Below are positions 7,488 through 15,793 of a stretch of 32,000 bases of DNA, piece after piece (position 1 is the stretch's first letter; every line of letters starts with the position of its first letter). The stretch is from Candidatus Methylomirabilis limnetica (GTDB lineage Bacteria; Methylomirabilota; Methylomirabilia; Methylomirabilales; Methylomirabilaceae). The stretch spans positions 60,001-92,000 of the forward strand of contig NZ_NVQC01000017.1 in NCBI RefSeq assembly GCF_003044035.1. Reading direction: 5' to 3'. Made by a program: the position numbers and the translations under genes. The notes beneath the pieces are model-generated. The model was not told the DNA's origin, ran no database searches, and was given only the letters and a program-made list of their open reading frames with translations.

Positions 7488-8951
7488 TCAATCGCGCAGG
7501 ACGCGAATTTGCGGTTCATCCAATTCCAGGACCCCGTCGATCCTTGCGCCATGAGAGGCGAGCGAGCGCAGGTAGTCGATCGCCGAAGATCCCACCTCTT
7601 CGCCGGGCACAAGGACAGGCACGCCGGGGGGGTAGATGGTCACAATATCAGCGCTGGTTCGCCCCTTCGCCTTCGTCAGCGGCAGATATTCCGAGGGGGC
7701 AAAGAAGGCGTCCCGTGGAGACAGATGGAACTGTTGACCCAGTGGCGGAAGCAGGGAGGGGACGGCTCGCCGATCCCGGGGGCGGGTGCCGCGCCCCGCC
7801 AAGCTGTCCAGCGCCGCTACCAGTTGATCCAAGTCATCCCTTCTGTCCCCGATACTGACGATCACCAGGATATTACACAGATCGGCCATCTCCACCTGGA
7901 TGCCGAACTCGGTATTCAGGATGGCAGAGGCCTCGAACCCGCTGAGGCCGAGCCCCTTGACGCAGATGGTAAGTTTCGTCACATCCAGGAAGAAATCACT
8001 GCCGCGCAGATCAGCCTCGCTAAAACAGGACAGGCCAGAGATCCGATTGATGCGACATCTCGCGTCTTGCGCCAGATCGATCGCTTTGCCTAAGAGCTTC
8101 TCTCCTTCGGTCGCCATCTGCATTCTGGCCAGATCCAACGAGGCCATCAGAATGTAGGAGGGGCTGGTGCTCTGAAGGAGAAGTAACAGCTTCACAACCC
8201 TGGGGTAATCGATATCTCGACCTTTCAGGTGCAGCATGGAGGACTGGGTCATCCCCCCCAGGATCTTATGGGTGGACTGAACGCAGAGATCGGCTCCAGC
8301 GTCGAGCGCCGACGTGGGCAGCCCCTGGTGAAAATGGAGGTGGGGACCGTGGGCCTCATCCACCAGGACCAGGATTCCCCGGCGCTTGGCGAGGGAGACG
8401 ATGGCGCGCAAGTCTGCTGCCACCCCGTAGTAATTGGGGCTGGTGAGGGAGAGGACCTTCGCTTTTGGATACTGCGCCATAGCGCGTTCCACCCCTTCAA
8501 CCGTCACGTTTAACAGCATGCCCAAATCCTGATCGAAGGCCGGCAGGAAGAACCGCGGTGTCGCGCCGCTGAGGATAATCCCGGTCAAGATCGATTTATG
8601 GGCATTCCTTGCGATGAGAATCTCGTCCCCAGGACTGGCGGTAGACAGAATCATCGCATGGTTACCACCGGTGGTCCCGTTGATCAGGAAGAAGGAGTGA
8701 TCAGCTCCATACGCCTCGGCGGCCAACTCCTGGGCCTCCTTAATGACCCCCACCGGCCGTTGCAGGCAATCGACTTCATCAAGCGTTGTCAGGTCAATGG
8801 TAAAGATCTTAGGGCCGACGAACTTTCGAAAGCGCGTAGAGATACCCTTGCCGCTCTTGTGCCCCGGGGTATGGAACGAGATCTTTCGACTCTCCGCGAG
8901 GTTGACCATCGCGTCGAAGAGGGGCGTCTTGTACTGTCGCTCAGGAACCAT
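7488..8951 (-). CDS. Orn/Lys/Arg decarboxylase family PLP enzyme (B. subtilis SpeA/YaaO type), probable arginine or lysine decarboxylase
   Basis: FHTPGHKSGKG at the N-terminus and STHKILGGMTQSSMLH (PLP lysine) fit the family, and it follows speH-speE in a polyamine operon. ATG 8951 comes directly after TTG 8954. Confidence 0.82.
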   Translation of the reverse strand: MVPERQYKTPLFDAMVNLAESRKISFHTPGHKSGKGISTRFRKFVGPKIFTIDLTTLDEVDCLQRPVGVIKEAQELAAEAYGADHSFFLINGTTGGNHAMILSTASPGDEILIARNAHKSILTGIILSGATPRFFLPAFDQDLGMLLNVTVEGVERAMAQYPKAKVLSLTSPNYYGVAADLRAIVSLAKRRGILVLVDEAHGPHLHFHQGLPTSALDAGADLCVQSTHKILGGMTQSSMLHLKGRDIDYPRVVKLLLLLQSTSPSYILMASLDLARMQMATEGEKLLGKAIDLAQDARCRINRISGLSCFSEADLRGSDFFLDVTKLTICVKGLGLSGFEASAILNTEFGIQVEMADLCNILVIVSIGDRRDDLDQLVAALDSLAGRGTRPRDRRAVPSLLPPLGQQFHLSPRDAFFAPSEYLPLTKAKGRTSADIVTIYPPGVPVLVPGEEVGSSAIDYLRSLASHGARIDGVLELDEPQIRVLRD

Positions 8952-8962
8952 CAAGAGTAAGG

Positions 8963-9094
8963 CAGGGTGGAGGGTATAGGGTATAGGGAAGGAAAGCGGA
9001 AAGAATGAAGGGATGAGTCCCGGTGGAATAACTTCGATTCGTACTGATCTTGAATACTGGACCCTCCACTCTCAACCCTCTACCCTAGCCCCTG
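8963..9094. repeat. 7-nt-periodic inverted repeat of the GGGTA family: left CAGGGTGGAGGGTATAGGGTATAGGG, ~70-nt spacer, right ACCCTCCACTCTCAACCCTCTACCCTAGCCCCTG
   Basis: Read directly, between the speE stop (9100) and the decarboxylase start (8951). The left arm carries four GGG tracts with 4-nt loops. Confidence 0.8.
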
Positions 9095-9099
9095 GCTTT

Positions 9100-10017
9100 T
9101 TAGTGGAAGGTAAAGAGGGGGTGGTTGTCCTCGATGATCCGCTTCTCTTCCTCAAGGTGCCGGCGCACATACTTTGGGAGGAGAAAAGACATCTGATGCG
9201 TAGGACCATCGTAATATCGCAGGTCAGGCCCGATCCGTTCGGCGATGAGGCGATCGATAGTATCCGGTCCCAGCGCTCGTGGGTCAGGCCGCTTGGAGGC
9301 CACGGCGAATCCCCAGGGAAGGGCAAAGCTGGGGACGCTGGCCCAGTAGGGGGCCACTACGGGGAACGCGGTCCGCAAGGTCTCGTGGATGGCGGTAAAA
9401 CAGGCCAGGTTGGAGAGACTGACCGAACCCGCTTGCAGCGCGATGATCCCCTGATCCGTCAGGCATCGGTGCACGATTTGATAAAACTCCCGCGTAAAGA
9501 GGAGATATGCCGGGCCCTCTTCAACCGGCTCCGAGATGTCGATGATGATCACATCGAACCGCTCGTCTGTCTCCTCCAAGTATCGTCTGGCATCAAGGAA
9601 GCGGAGCTCGGTGCGCGGATCGTCGAAGGCGCCCCTGTGCCATTCGGGCAGCAACTCCTTACACCGGGTGACAACCTCCTCATCGATATCGACCATCAGG
9701 GCCCGCTCCACAGTGGGATGGCGGAGGACCTCCCGCAATGTGGCCCCTTCCCCGCCGCCCACGATAAATACCTTTTTGGGCGCGGGATGACTGAACATTG
9801 CCGGATGGACTAATGTCTCGTGGTAGATGAACTCATCGAGGATACTCGACTGAACCTTATCGTCAAGGATAAGGGCCTTCCCGTAGCTGCCAAGCTCCAT
9901 GATATCGAGAGATTGAAAGGGGGTCTGCGTGGAAAATAGGACTCGTCGAATCCCGTGCAGATGCCCCTCCTCAGGGCTCAAGGCTTCAATGAACCAGCGA
10001 GAGTTCTTGATCGGCAT
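9100..10017 (-). CDS. speE: Spermidine synthase / polyamine aminopropyltransferase
   Basis: VFIVGGGEGATLREVLRH, VDIDEEVV and DVIIIDISEP are the SpeE AdoMet-fold motifs. ATG 10017 has GGAGAAGG 6 nt upstream; the ORF track extends to GTG 10041. Confidence 0.9.
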   Translation of the reverse strand: MPIKNSRWFIEALSPEEGHLHGIRRVLFSTQTPFQSLDIMELGSYGKALILDDKVQSSILDEFIYHETLVHPAMFSHPAPKKVFIVGGGEGATLREVLRHPTVERALMVDIDEEVVTRCKELLPEWHRGAFDDPRTELRFLDARRYLEETDERFDVIIIDISEPVEEGPAYLLFTREFYQIVHRCLTDQGIIALQAGSVSLSNLACFTAIHETLRTAFPVVAPYWASVPSFALPWGFAVASKRPDPRALGPDTIDRLIAERIGPDLRYYDGPTHQMSFLLPKYVRRHLEEEKRIIEDNHPLFTFH

Positions 10018-10420
10018 CGACAGCCTTCTCCGTGGACGCACTCAATTTGTGGGCAAGCTTCCCGTGGTGACCGGGCATGATGCCCCGCCGCACCTCAACG
10101 ACCGACGGCTTTTTGCACTGAAGCCGGGTGGCGATGTACTCCACCGCCACATCGGGCTTAATGACATCTCCACAGGTGAAGATGTCAACCGCCGCATACC
10201 CATACTCGGGCCAGGTGTGGATAGAGATATGAGATTCAGCAATCACCACAACACCGCTCACACCGAAAGGATTGAACTCATGGAAGGAGGTATCAACGAT
10301 TGTAGCCTTGCAGGCGTTCGCCGCACAAACCAGGATCCCCTTGATAACATCGACTTTTTTCAGCAACTCTGGGCTACAACCGTGTAGCTCCACCAACAGG
10401 TGTTTCCCGAGTGCTTGCAA
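9986..10420 (-). CDS. speH: S-adenosylmethionine decarboxylase proenzyme (pyruvoyl-dependent, SpeH/SpeD class 1)
   Basis: GKHLLVELHGC...GVSGVVVIAESHISIHTWPEYGYAAVDIFTCG includes the ES self-cleavage site. TTG 10420 follows AAGGGGGG at a 7-nt spacing. The track start, GTG 10462, lacks a properly spaced Shine-Dalgarno. The 3' end overlaps the speE start by ~32 nt. Confidence 0.85.
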   Translation of the reverse strand: MQALGKHLLVELHGCSPELLKKVDVIKGILVCAANACKATIVDTSFHEFNPFGVSGVVVIAESHISIHTWPEYGYAAVDIFTCGDVIKPDVAVEYIATRLQCKKPSVVEVRRGIMPGHHGKLAHKLSASTEKAVDADQELSLVH

Positions 10421-10489
10421 CGATCTGCCCCCCTTCACGAAAGTTGATAATCGATGCCCCACCTCCGTGGTGCGTCATTGCTCAAGCGC

Positions 10490-10517
10490 GTTATACCGCG
10501 TTTCGACAAAATTGCAA
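10490..10517 (-). promoter_or_regulatory. Candidate sigma70-type promoter for the speH operon: TTGCAA, 16 nt, TATAAC on the minus strand
   Basis: Hexamers read by eye in the speH / aminotransferase divergent gap. There is no experimental or statistical support. Confidence 0.3.
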
Positions 10518-10548
10518 GCAAAAAATGGGGGTCCAACATAAATTCTGG

Positions 10549-10577
10549 TTGACACCCGGTTCTGTGTTGGGTAGAAA
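10549..10577 (+). promoter_or_regulatory. Candidate sigma70-type promoter: TTGACA, 17 nt, TAGAAA, facing the aminotransferase gene
   Basis: Perfect -35 hexamer, 17-nt spacer and 4/6 match at -10, ~150 nt upstream of the CDS. Found by eye only. Confidence 0.3.
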
Positions 10578-10726
10578 TAGGTCTGCTCTAGCTCGCTACC
10601 CCTGATCGATGGATCGTCGCTGATGGTCTACCCTATGGACTTCTCAGCGGCTGTGGACGGCCAACCTTCACGGTGAATCATCAACGTCTTCCTTGCCTTT
10701 GGTAGGTCTCATCTGGGGGAAAAGAT

Positions 10727-11854
10727 TTGAACGTGCCGCTCCTGGACCTTCGCGCGCAGTACCTCACGATCAAGGATGAGGTGCGTGCCGAATTAGATGC
10801 AGTCTACGAAAGTCAGCATTTCATCCTCGGCCCGAAGGTGGCTGCCCTGGAACAGGCGATCGCTCGTACCTGCGGAGCCACCTATGCCGTGGGGGTCTCA
10901 TCCGGTACCGATGCCCTCCTGATCGCCCTCATGGCACTCGGCCTCAGTACGGGCGACGAGGTCATCACCACTCCGTACACCTTCTTTGCGACTGCCGGCT
11001 CTATCGTCAGGGCTGGGGCGCGCCCGGTCTTCATCGACATCGACCCTACCAGCTTCAATCTGGAACCTTCTCAGGTGCAGGATCGGATCACACGTCGGAC
11101 CAAGGCACTCCTCCCCGTCCACCTGTTCGGCCGCTGCGCAGAGATGGAGCCACTCCGTACGCTGGCGGCGCAACACCACCTCGCCATCATCGAAGATGCC
11201 GCTCAGGCGATCGGCGCCCGGACGGCTGAGGGCGGGAAGGCAGGCGGAATGGGAACGCTCGGCTGCCTCTCTTTCTACCCGACAAAAAATCTGGGTGGAT
11301 TTGGCGATGGCGGCATGGTGCTGACCAGCGATCCGAGATTGGCAGAAATTCTCAGGAGCCTCAGGCAGCAGGGGAGCGAAAGTCTCTATGAGTATTCGAG
11401 GGTGGGTGGAAATTTCCGATTGGATGAGATTCAGGCTGCCGTCCTCCTGGTGAAACTCAGGCATCTCGAGGGGTGGGTCGAGGCCAGGCGCGCCCACGCC
11501 AACCGTTACAATGATGCGTTTCGGCGGCTCAATCTCGATTGTTCCGATGCGCTTACTCTACCCGACACGCCGAAGGCCGAGCATCACGTCTTCAATCAGT
11601 ATGTCGTCCGGACACGCCGACGGGATGAGCTCCACCGCTTCCTCGCGTCTCGGGGGATCGGTACGGCTGTCTACTACCCCAAGGCGCTTCACATGCAGGC
11701 ATGCCTCGCGTTCCTCGGGTATCGGGAGGGAGATTTCCCGGAGGCCGAGCGGGCCGCTCGCGAGACCCTGGCACTACCCGTCTACCCGGAGCTGACGGTT
11801 CAGATGCAAGACCGCGTCATTGAGGACATAGATACCTTCTTCAAGGGGCGATGA
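10727..11854 (+). CDS. DegT/DnrJ/EryC1/StrS family PLP-dependent sugar aminotransferase
   Basis: PLLDLRAQY at the N-terminus, GTDALLIAL, IIEDAAQAIGA and SFYPTKNLG (catalytic Lys) fit the family. The start is TTG 10727 or GTG 10733. Confidence 0.88.
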   Translation: MNVPLLDLRAQYLTIKDEVRAELDAVYESQHFILGPKVAALEQAIARTCGATYAVGVSSGTDALLIALMALGLSTGDEVITTPYTFFATAGSIVRAGARPVFIDIDPTSFNLEPSQVQDRITRRTKALLPVHLFGRCAEMEPLRTLAAQHHLAIIEDAAQAIGARTAEGGKAGGMGTLGCLSFYPTKNLGGFGDGGMVLTSDPRLAEILRSLRQQGSESLYEYSRVGGNFRLDEIQAAVLLVKLRHLEGWVEARRAHANRYNDAFRRLNLDCSDALTLPDTPKAEHHVFNQYVVRTRRRDELHRFLASRGIGTAVYYPKALHMQACLAFLGYREGDFPEAERAARETLALPVYPELTVQMQDRVIEDIDTFFKGR

Positions 11855-11952
11855 GCGCTGCCCGTATAGACATATAGTCCTGCTGGAAAAAGGAACGTCC
11901 CCCGCCTTCCCACCTGATGCACCGCCGCCTTTTGCAGATGCAAGGTAACTAC

Positions 11953-12054
11953 TTATTACTCAGAGCATAAAATAGCTTACCCCCCTTTCGTAAAGGGGGA
12001 AGTTGCTGGAGATGTTGTGCGAGAGTGCAATCTGTTTTATGCTCCTCGTAATAA
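11953..12054. repeat. Nested palindromic element: 20-nt outer arms (TTATTACTCAGAGCATAAAA / TTTTATGCTCCTCGTAATAA, 17/20 pairs) enclosing a GC hairpin, CCCCCTTT-cgt-AAAGGGGG
   Basis: Read directly. It is an AT-rich structured island inside a 530-nt non-coding gap. Confidence 0.75.
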
Positions 12055-12387
12055 TAGTGTCTGTCCCTATTTTCCCTTTTTAAGGTTGCCAGCGCCAGGG
12101 TGGATGTGATACATCTGATAAGAATTGCGCGTTAACGGCCAATGGCCGATCGGTCTTGGTGGCCTATATTGCCACAATGTGGTAGGTCTACGATTTAGTG
12201 TGCCTCCTACCCTTGGGGTGGTTATTCGTTCCAATGGCCGGAGAAACTCAGAAGGCTGGGTTTCGACTTCGCCCCTAACCCACTGACCCACTACTGAGCC
12301 CCTAATCATTTACGCAGGATTCAGGATGACATTTTGCTACATTTCTGATGCTGGATGTCAGTGGGCTGGTTGCTACGAGGGAGCTGA

Positions 12388-12801
12388 ATGGCGGAAGCGA
12401 TCCAATCCCTTGTCGCTTGCGTTTCTGGCATGCTATCTGACAGCAGCATCCATGGAAAGATCTACGAATATTCGGAATCCGGGCTCTACTTTGGCGTGCC
12501 GCTTATCAACCTCTTTGGGTGGGCAGTTGTGGGATTTGTGACAATCGCCCTCTTTCAACAGATCGATTCTACGCTGGCGGCAGAGCCGACCTTAGACCGA
12601 GGGGTGAAACTGATCGAGTGTGGCGTCATACTCTACTATCTGATTCTAGTCTTTAGCCGCTCGATGACCTTTGCCGTTGGCGAGTTGCTGTCTGGAATAA
12701 CCGGAGCCTTACTGTACATCCCAATCACTTGGATGGTCTTCATACGCTACTGGCAGTGGTCGGCAGCCCACAGGCGTGTCAGTCGTGGAGCGCTATTATG
12801 A
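12388..12801 (+). CDS. Small integral membrane protein; tentatively resembles the C-terminal half of the carotenoid-biosynthesis / CruF-like family (PF04240)
   Basis: Shine-Dalgarno GAGGGAG lies 4 nt upstream. The protein has 3-4 hydrophobic segments, and YFGVPLINLFGW matches the G-x-P-x-x-N-x-x-GW motif as I recall it for that family. Its stop overlaps the hpnH start (ATGA at 12798..12801). The functional call is weak. Confidence 0.55.
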   Translation: MAEAIQSLVACVSGMLSDSSIHGKIYEYSESGLYFGVPLINLFGWAVVGFVTIALFQQIDSTLAAEPTLDRGVKLIECGVILYYLILVFSRSMTFAVGELLSGITGALLYIPITWMVFIRYWQWSAAHRRVSRGALL

Positions 12802-13799
12802 GATTTCCGTTGCACATCACGACGGATATGCTCAAACACCAGATTCGCCACGGGCTCAAAGGGAACACTCGATATCCGTTCGTCCTCATGCTCGAACCGC
12901 TGTACACTTGCAACCTGGCCTGTCTAGGCTGCGCCGTTGAGCGGCACACCGGGAAAATCGAGGATCGGTTGACGCTTCAGGAGTGCCTGAAGGCGGCGGA
13001 TGACTCTGGCGCTCCGGTCGTTTCGATCTGCGGCGGGGAGCCCACCATCTACCCTGAACTGAAAGGGTTGGTGGAGGGGATGATTGCCCGCAAGCGACAC
13101 GTTTACCTGTGTACCAACGGGTTGATGCTTGATCGAACCGTCTACGGCCTGATCGCACCGCACAATCGGCTCACTATCAACATCCATCTGGATGGACTTA
13201 GGCGAACCCACGACCAGGTCTGCGATAGGGAAGGTGTCTTCGATAAGGCGCTCGACATGATCAAGGAAGGCAAGCGGCTCGGCTACCGGGTGACGACAAA
13301 TACGACGGTCTTCAAGGAGACCGATCTTGACGAGATCGAGGCGCTGTGCCGCCTGCTGCGAGAGCACCAGGTAGATGGGATGCTCCTCTCGCCTGGGTAT
13401 AGCTATGCCTCAGCCGAGTCTGATTTCTTCCTGGCTCGCGAGGAGATCCACCAAAAGTTCCAAAAGGTTCTCGAACTGTCGAAACAGTATCGACTTATCT
13501 CCACCCCGATGTTCCTCGAATTTGCGGCCGGCCTGCGCGAGTACCCTTGCTCCCCGTGGAGTACTGTCACCTTTACCCCCGAAGGTTGGAGGGGGCCCTG
13601 CTATCTCATCGGGGAGAAATACTTCCGGACGTTTGAGGAGTTCTGGCAAGGCATGGATTGGGACTACTGGGAGTCCCGCCAGGACCGGCGCTGTTACAAC
13701 TGCAAGATGCACTCCGGCTTCGAGGCTTCTGTCGTCCGCGGGCTCCGAAACAGCCCGAAAGACATGCTCAGGATGGCCATCTGGAACTTTTTGGAGTAA
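12798..13799 (+). CDS. hpnH: Radical SAM adenosyl-hopene transferase
   Basis: RYPFVLMLEPLYTCNLACLGC (CxxxCxxC) plus a length and C-terminus typical of HpnH, directly upstream of shc. The ATG 12798 start has GGAG 7 nt upstream; the track ORF begins earlier, at 12729. Confidence 0.88.
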   Translation: MRFPLHITTDMLKHQIRHGLKGNTRYPFVLMLEPLYTCNLACLGCAVERHTGKIEDRLTLQECLKAADDSGAPVVSICGGEPTIYPELKGLVEGMIARKRHVYLCTNGLMLDRTVYGLIAPHNRLTINIHLDGLRRTHDQVCDREGVFDKALDMIKEGKRLGYRVTTNTTVFKETDLDEIEALCRLLREHQVDGMLLSPGYSYASAESDFFLAREEIHQKFQKVLELSKQYRLISTPMFLEFAAGLREYPCSPWSTVTFTPEGWRGPCYLIGEKYFRTFEEFWQGMDWDYWESRQDRRCYNCKMHSGFEASVVRGLRNSPKDMLRMAIWNFLE

Positions 13800-13804
13800 G
13801 CGCT

Positions 13805-15793
13805 ATGCCGGTGCCATCTGAAAGAGATTGGCAAATTGAGATGATGAGGACCGACCCTCGGGCCGACAGGGGCCCGCTTGACGAGGCGATCGAACAGGCC
13901 CGGTCTCGGCTCCTGGCCATGCAAGATCCTGCAGGCTTCTGGGTGGCGGAGTTGGAGGCCGACTCCACACTCACCTCCGAGTACATCATGCTCCGCTACC
14001 TGCTCGGCAAGGTGGACAAGACCAAGCAGCGTAAGGCCGCAGCCTACCTACTCGACACGCAACTGCCCGATGGCGGCTGGAACCTCTATCATGGCGGGTC
14101 AAGCCACCTGAGCACCACGGTCAAGGCCTATTTTGCGCTCAAGCTCTGCGGCCACTCCAGTGAGGAGCCGTTCATGCGACGAGCCCGAGAGGTGATTCTT
14201 GAGCAGGGCGGCCTCACGCAGGCCAACGTCTTCACCAGGTTTGCTCTCGCCCTCTTTGGCCAGTTTGATTGGCACGACGTCCCGGCCATGCCCATCGAAC
14301 TGTTCCTCCTGCCCAAGCATTCGTTTTTCAATATGCATGAGATCTCCTACTGGTCCAGGACCGTGCTCACCCCTTTGATGATTATCTTTGCCCATAAGCC
14401 GGTGACACCGGTCCCGGCCGGGGCTGATCTCATGGAGCTTCGTGTGGAGCCCAGGCCGAAGCATGCCGACTGGTTTCCTGGAGATTCAAGGCTGTTTTCG
14501 AAGCGAAACCTTTTCCTGGCCGCCGACCGGCTGCTCCACTGGTATGAGTGGCGTCCAATCTCATTCCTCCGCCAGGCGGCAATGGAGCGGGCCACGGCTT
14601 GGATGCTTAGACGAATGGGGGAAGGCGGCCTTGGCGGGATCTATCCGGCAATGGCGAACTCGATCATCGCGCTTCGCTGTCTGGGCTATGAGGTCGAGCA
14701 CTCTTTGGTGGCCAGTGCCTTCAAGCAGATCGAAGCGCTTGAAGTAGAAGACGATCGTACCCTTCACGTGCAGCCATGTCTCTCCCCTATCTGGGATACC
14801 TGCCTGGCGGTGAATGCACTTGCCGCATCGGGACTCCCCGCCGACCACTCCACCCTGGTCAGCGCATGCGAATGGCTCCTCTCGAAACAGACCCGAAGCG
14901 TAGGGGATTGGAAGGTAAAGGCTCCGGACGCCGAGCCAGGCGGCTGGTACTTTCAGTTCGAAAACGAGTTTTACCCGGATGTCGACGACAGTGCGGTAGT
15001 GATGACCGCCCTGATTAAGACCATTCTCCCCAATCAGGCGGCGAAAGGTGCAGCGCTCGATCAGGCCCTCAGGTGGGTCCTCCCGATGCAGTCAAGTGAT
15101 GGAGGCTGGGCAGCATACGACAAAGATAACAACAAGCTGTTCCTGAACGAGCTCCTCGTCGCCGACCACAAGGCACTGCTCGATCCGTCCACGGCGGATC
15201 TGACCGGACGGATGATCGAGATGCTTGGCCACCTGGGTTGGACCCGCACAACCCCCGCGGCTCAGCGCGCTATCGCATTCCTCAAACGGGAGCAGGAGCC
15301 TGAAGGGTGCTGGTTTGGTCGATGGGGAGTCAATTACATCTACGGGACCTGGGCGGTTCTGGCGGGCCTTCAAGCCATCGGAGAGCCGATGGACCAGCCG
15401 TACATCCGGCGAGCCGTTGACTGGCTCGTCGACCACCAGAACCCCGACGGTGGATGGGGCGAATCGTGCCATTCTTACGAGGATCCACAAACAGCCGGCC
15501 AGGGCCCAAGTACCCCTTCGCAAACCGCCTGGGCGCTCTTGGGGCTCTTACACGCGGGCTGCGTACAGCATTCCGCGGTGAGAAACGGCATCGACTATCT
15601 CCTCCGGACCCAGTGCGCGGATGGCGGATGGGAGGAACAAGAATTCACCGGAACGGGATTCCCCCGCGTCTTTTATCTTCGGTATCATCTCTACCGTCTC
15701 TACTTTCCGCTCTGGGCCCTTTCCATGTATCGCACCCTTCTCCAGAAGGCCGCCTCCGGCCACAATGAAGACGGCGCGACCCTCTCGGGCTAG
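13805..15793 (+). CDS. shc: Squalene-hopene cyclase
   Basis: The catalytic DxDD motif is present (YPDVDDSAVV), with repeated QW motifs (DGGWG..., QxxDGGW) and LQDPAGFWVAELEADSTLTSEYI at the N-terminus. ATG 13805 has GGAG 8 nt upstream. Confidence 0.95.
   Translation: MPVPSERDWQIEMMRTDPRADRGPLDEAIEQARSRLLAMQDPAGFWVAELEADSTLTSEYIMLRYLLGKVDKTKQRKAAAYLLDTQLPDGGWNLYHGGSSHLSTTVKAYFALKLCGHSSEEPFMRRAREVILEQGGLTQANVFTRFALALFGQFDWHDVPAMPIELFLLPKHSFFNMHEISYWSRTVLTPLMIIFAHKPVTPVPAGADLMELRVEPRPKHADWFPGDSRLFSKRNLFLAADRLLHWYEWRPISFLRQAAMERATAWMLRRMGEGGLGGIYPAMANSIIALRCLGYEVEHSLVASAFKQIEALEVEDDRTLHVQPCLSPIWDTCLAVNALAASGLPADHSTLVSACEWLLSKQTRSVGDWKVKAPDAEPGGWYFQFENEFYPDVDDSAVVMTALIKTILPNQAAKGAALDQALRWVLPMQSSDGGWAAYDKDNNKLFLNELLVADHKALLDPSTADLTGRMIEMLGHLGWTRTTPAAQRAIAFLKREQEPEGCWFGRWGVNYIYGTWAVLAGLQAIGEPMDQPYIRRAVDWLVDHQNPDGGWGESCHSYEDPQTAGQGPSTPSQTAWALLGLLHAGCVQHSAVRNGIDYLLRTQCADGGWEEQEFTGTGFPRVFYLRYHLYRLYFPLWALSMYRTLLQKAASGHNEDGATLSG

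Noticed and set aside
1466-9094. CRISPR array interpretation of the short repeats
   Set aside because: The units are 7 nt, contiguous with no spacers, and arranged as inverted arms in separate intergenic gaps. There are no cas genes. This is not CRISPR architecture.
12060-12320. Possible tmRNA, RNase P RNA or tRNA-like gene (GGGGCTCAG... and GGGTTTCGACTTCGCCCC on the two strands)
   Set aside because: There is no tRNA-like acceptor/T-arm pairing, no GGAAAGTCCGG-type RNase P core and no tag-peptide reading frame with a resume codon context. The resemblance is limited to a few nucleotides.
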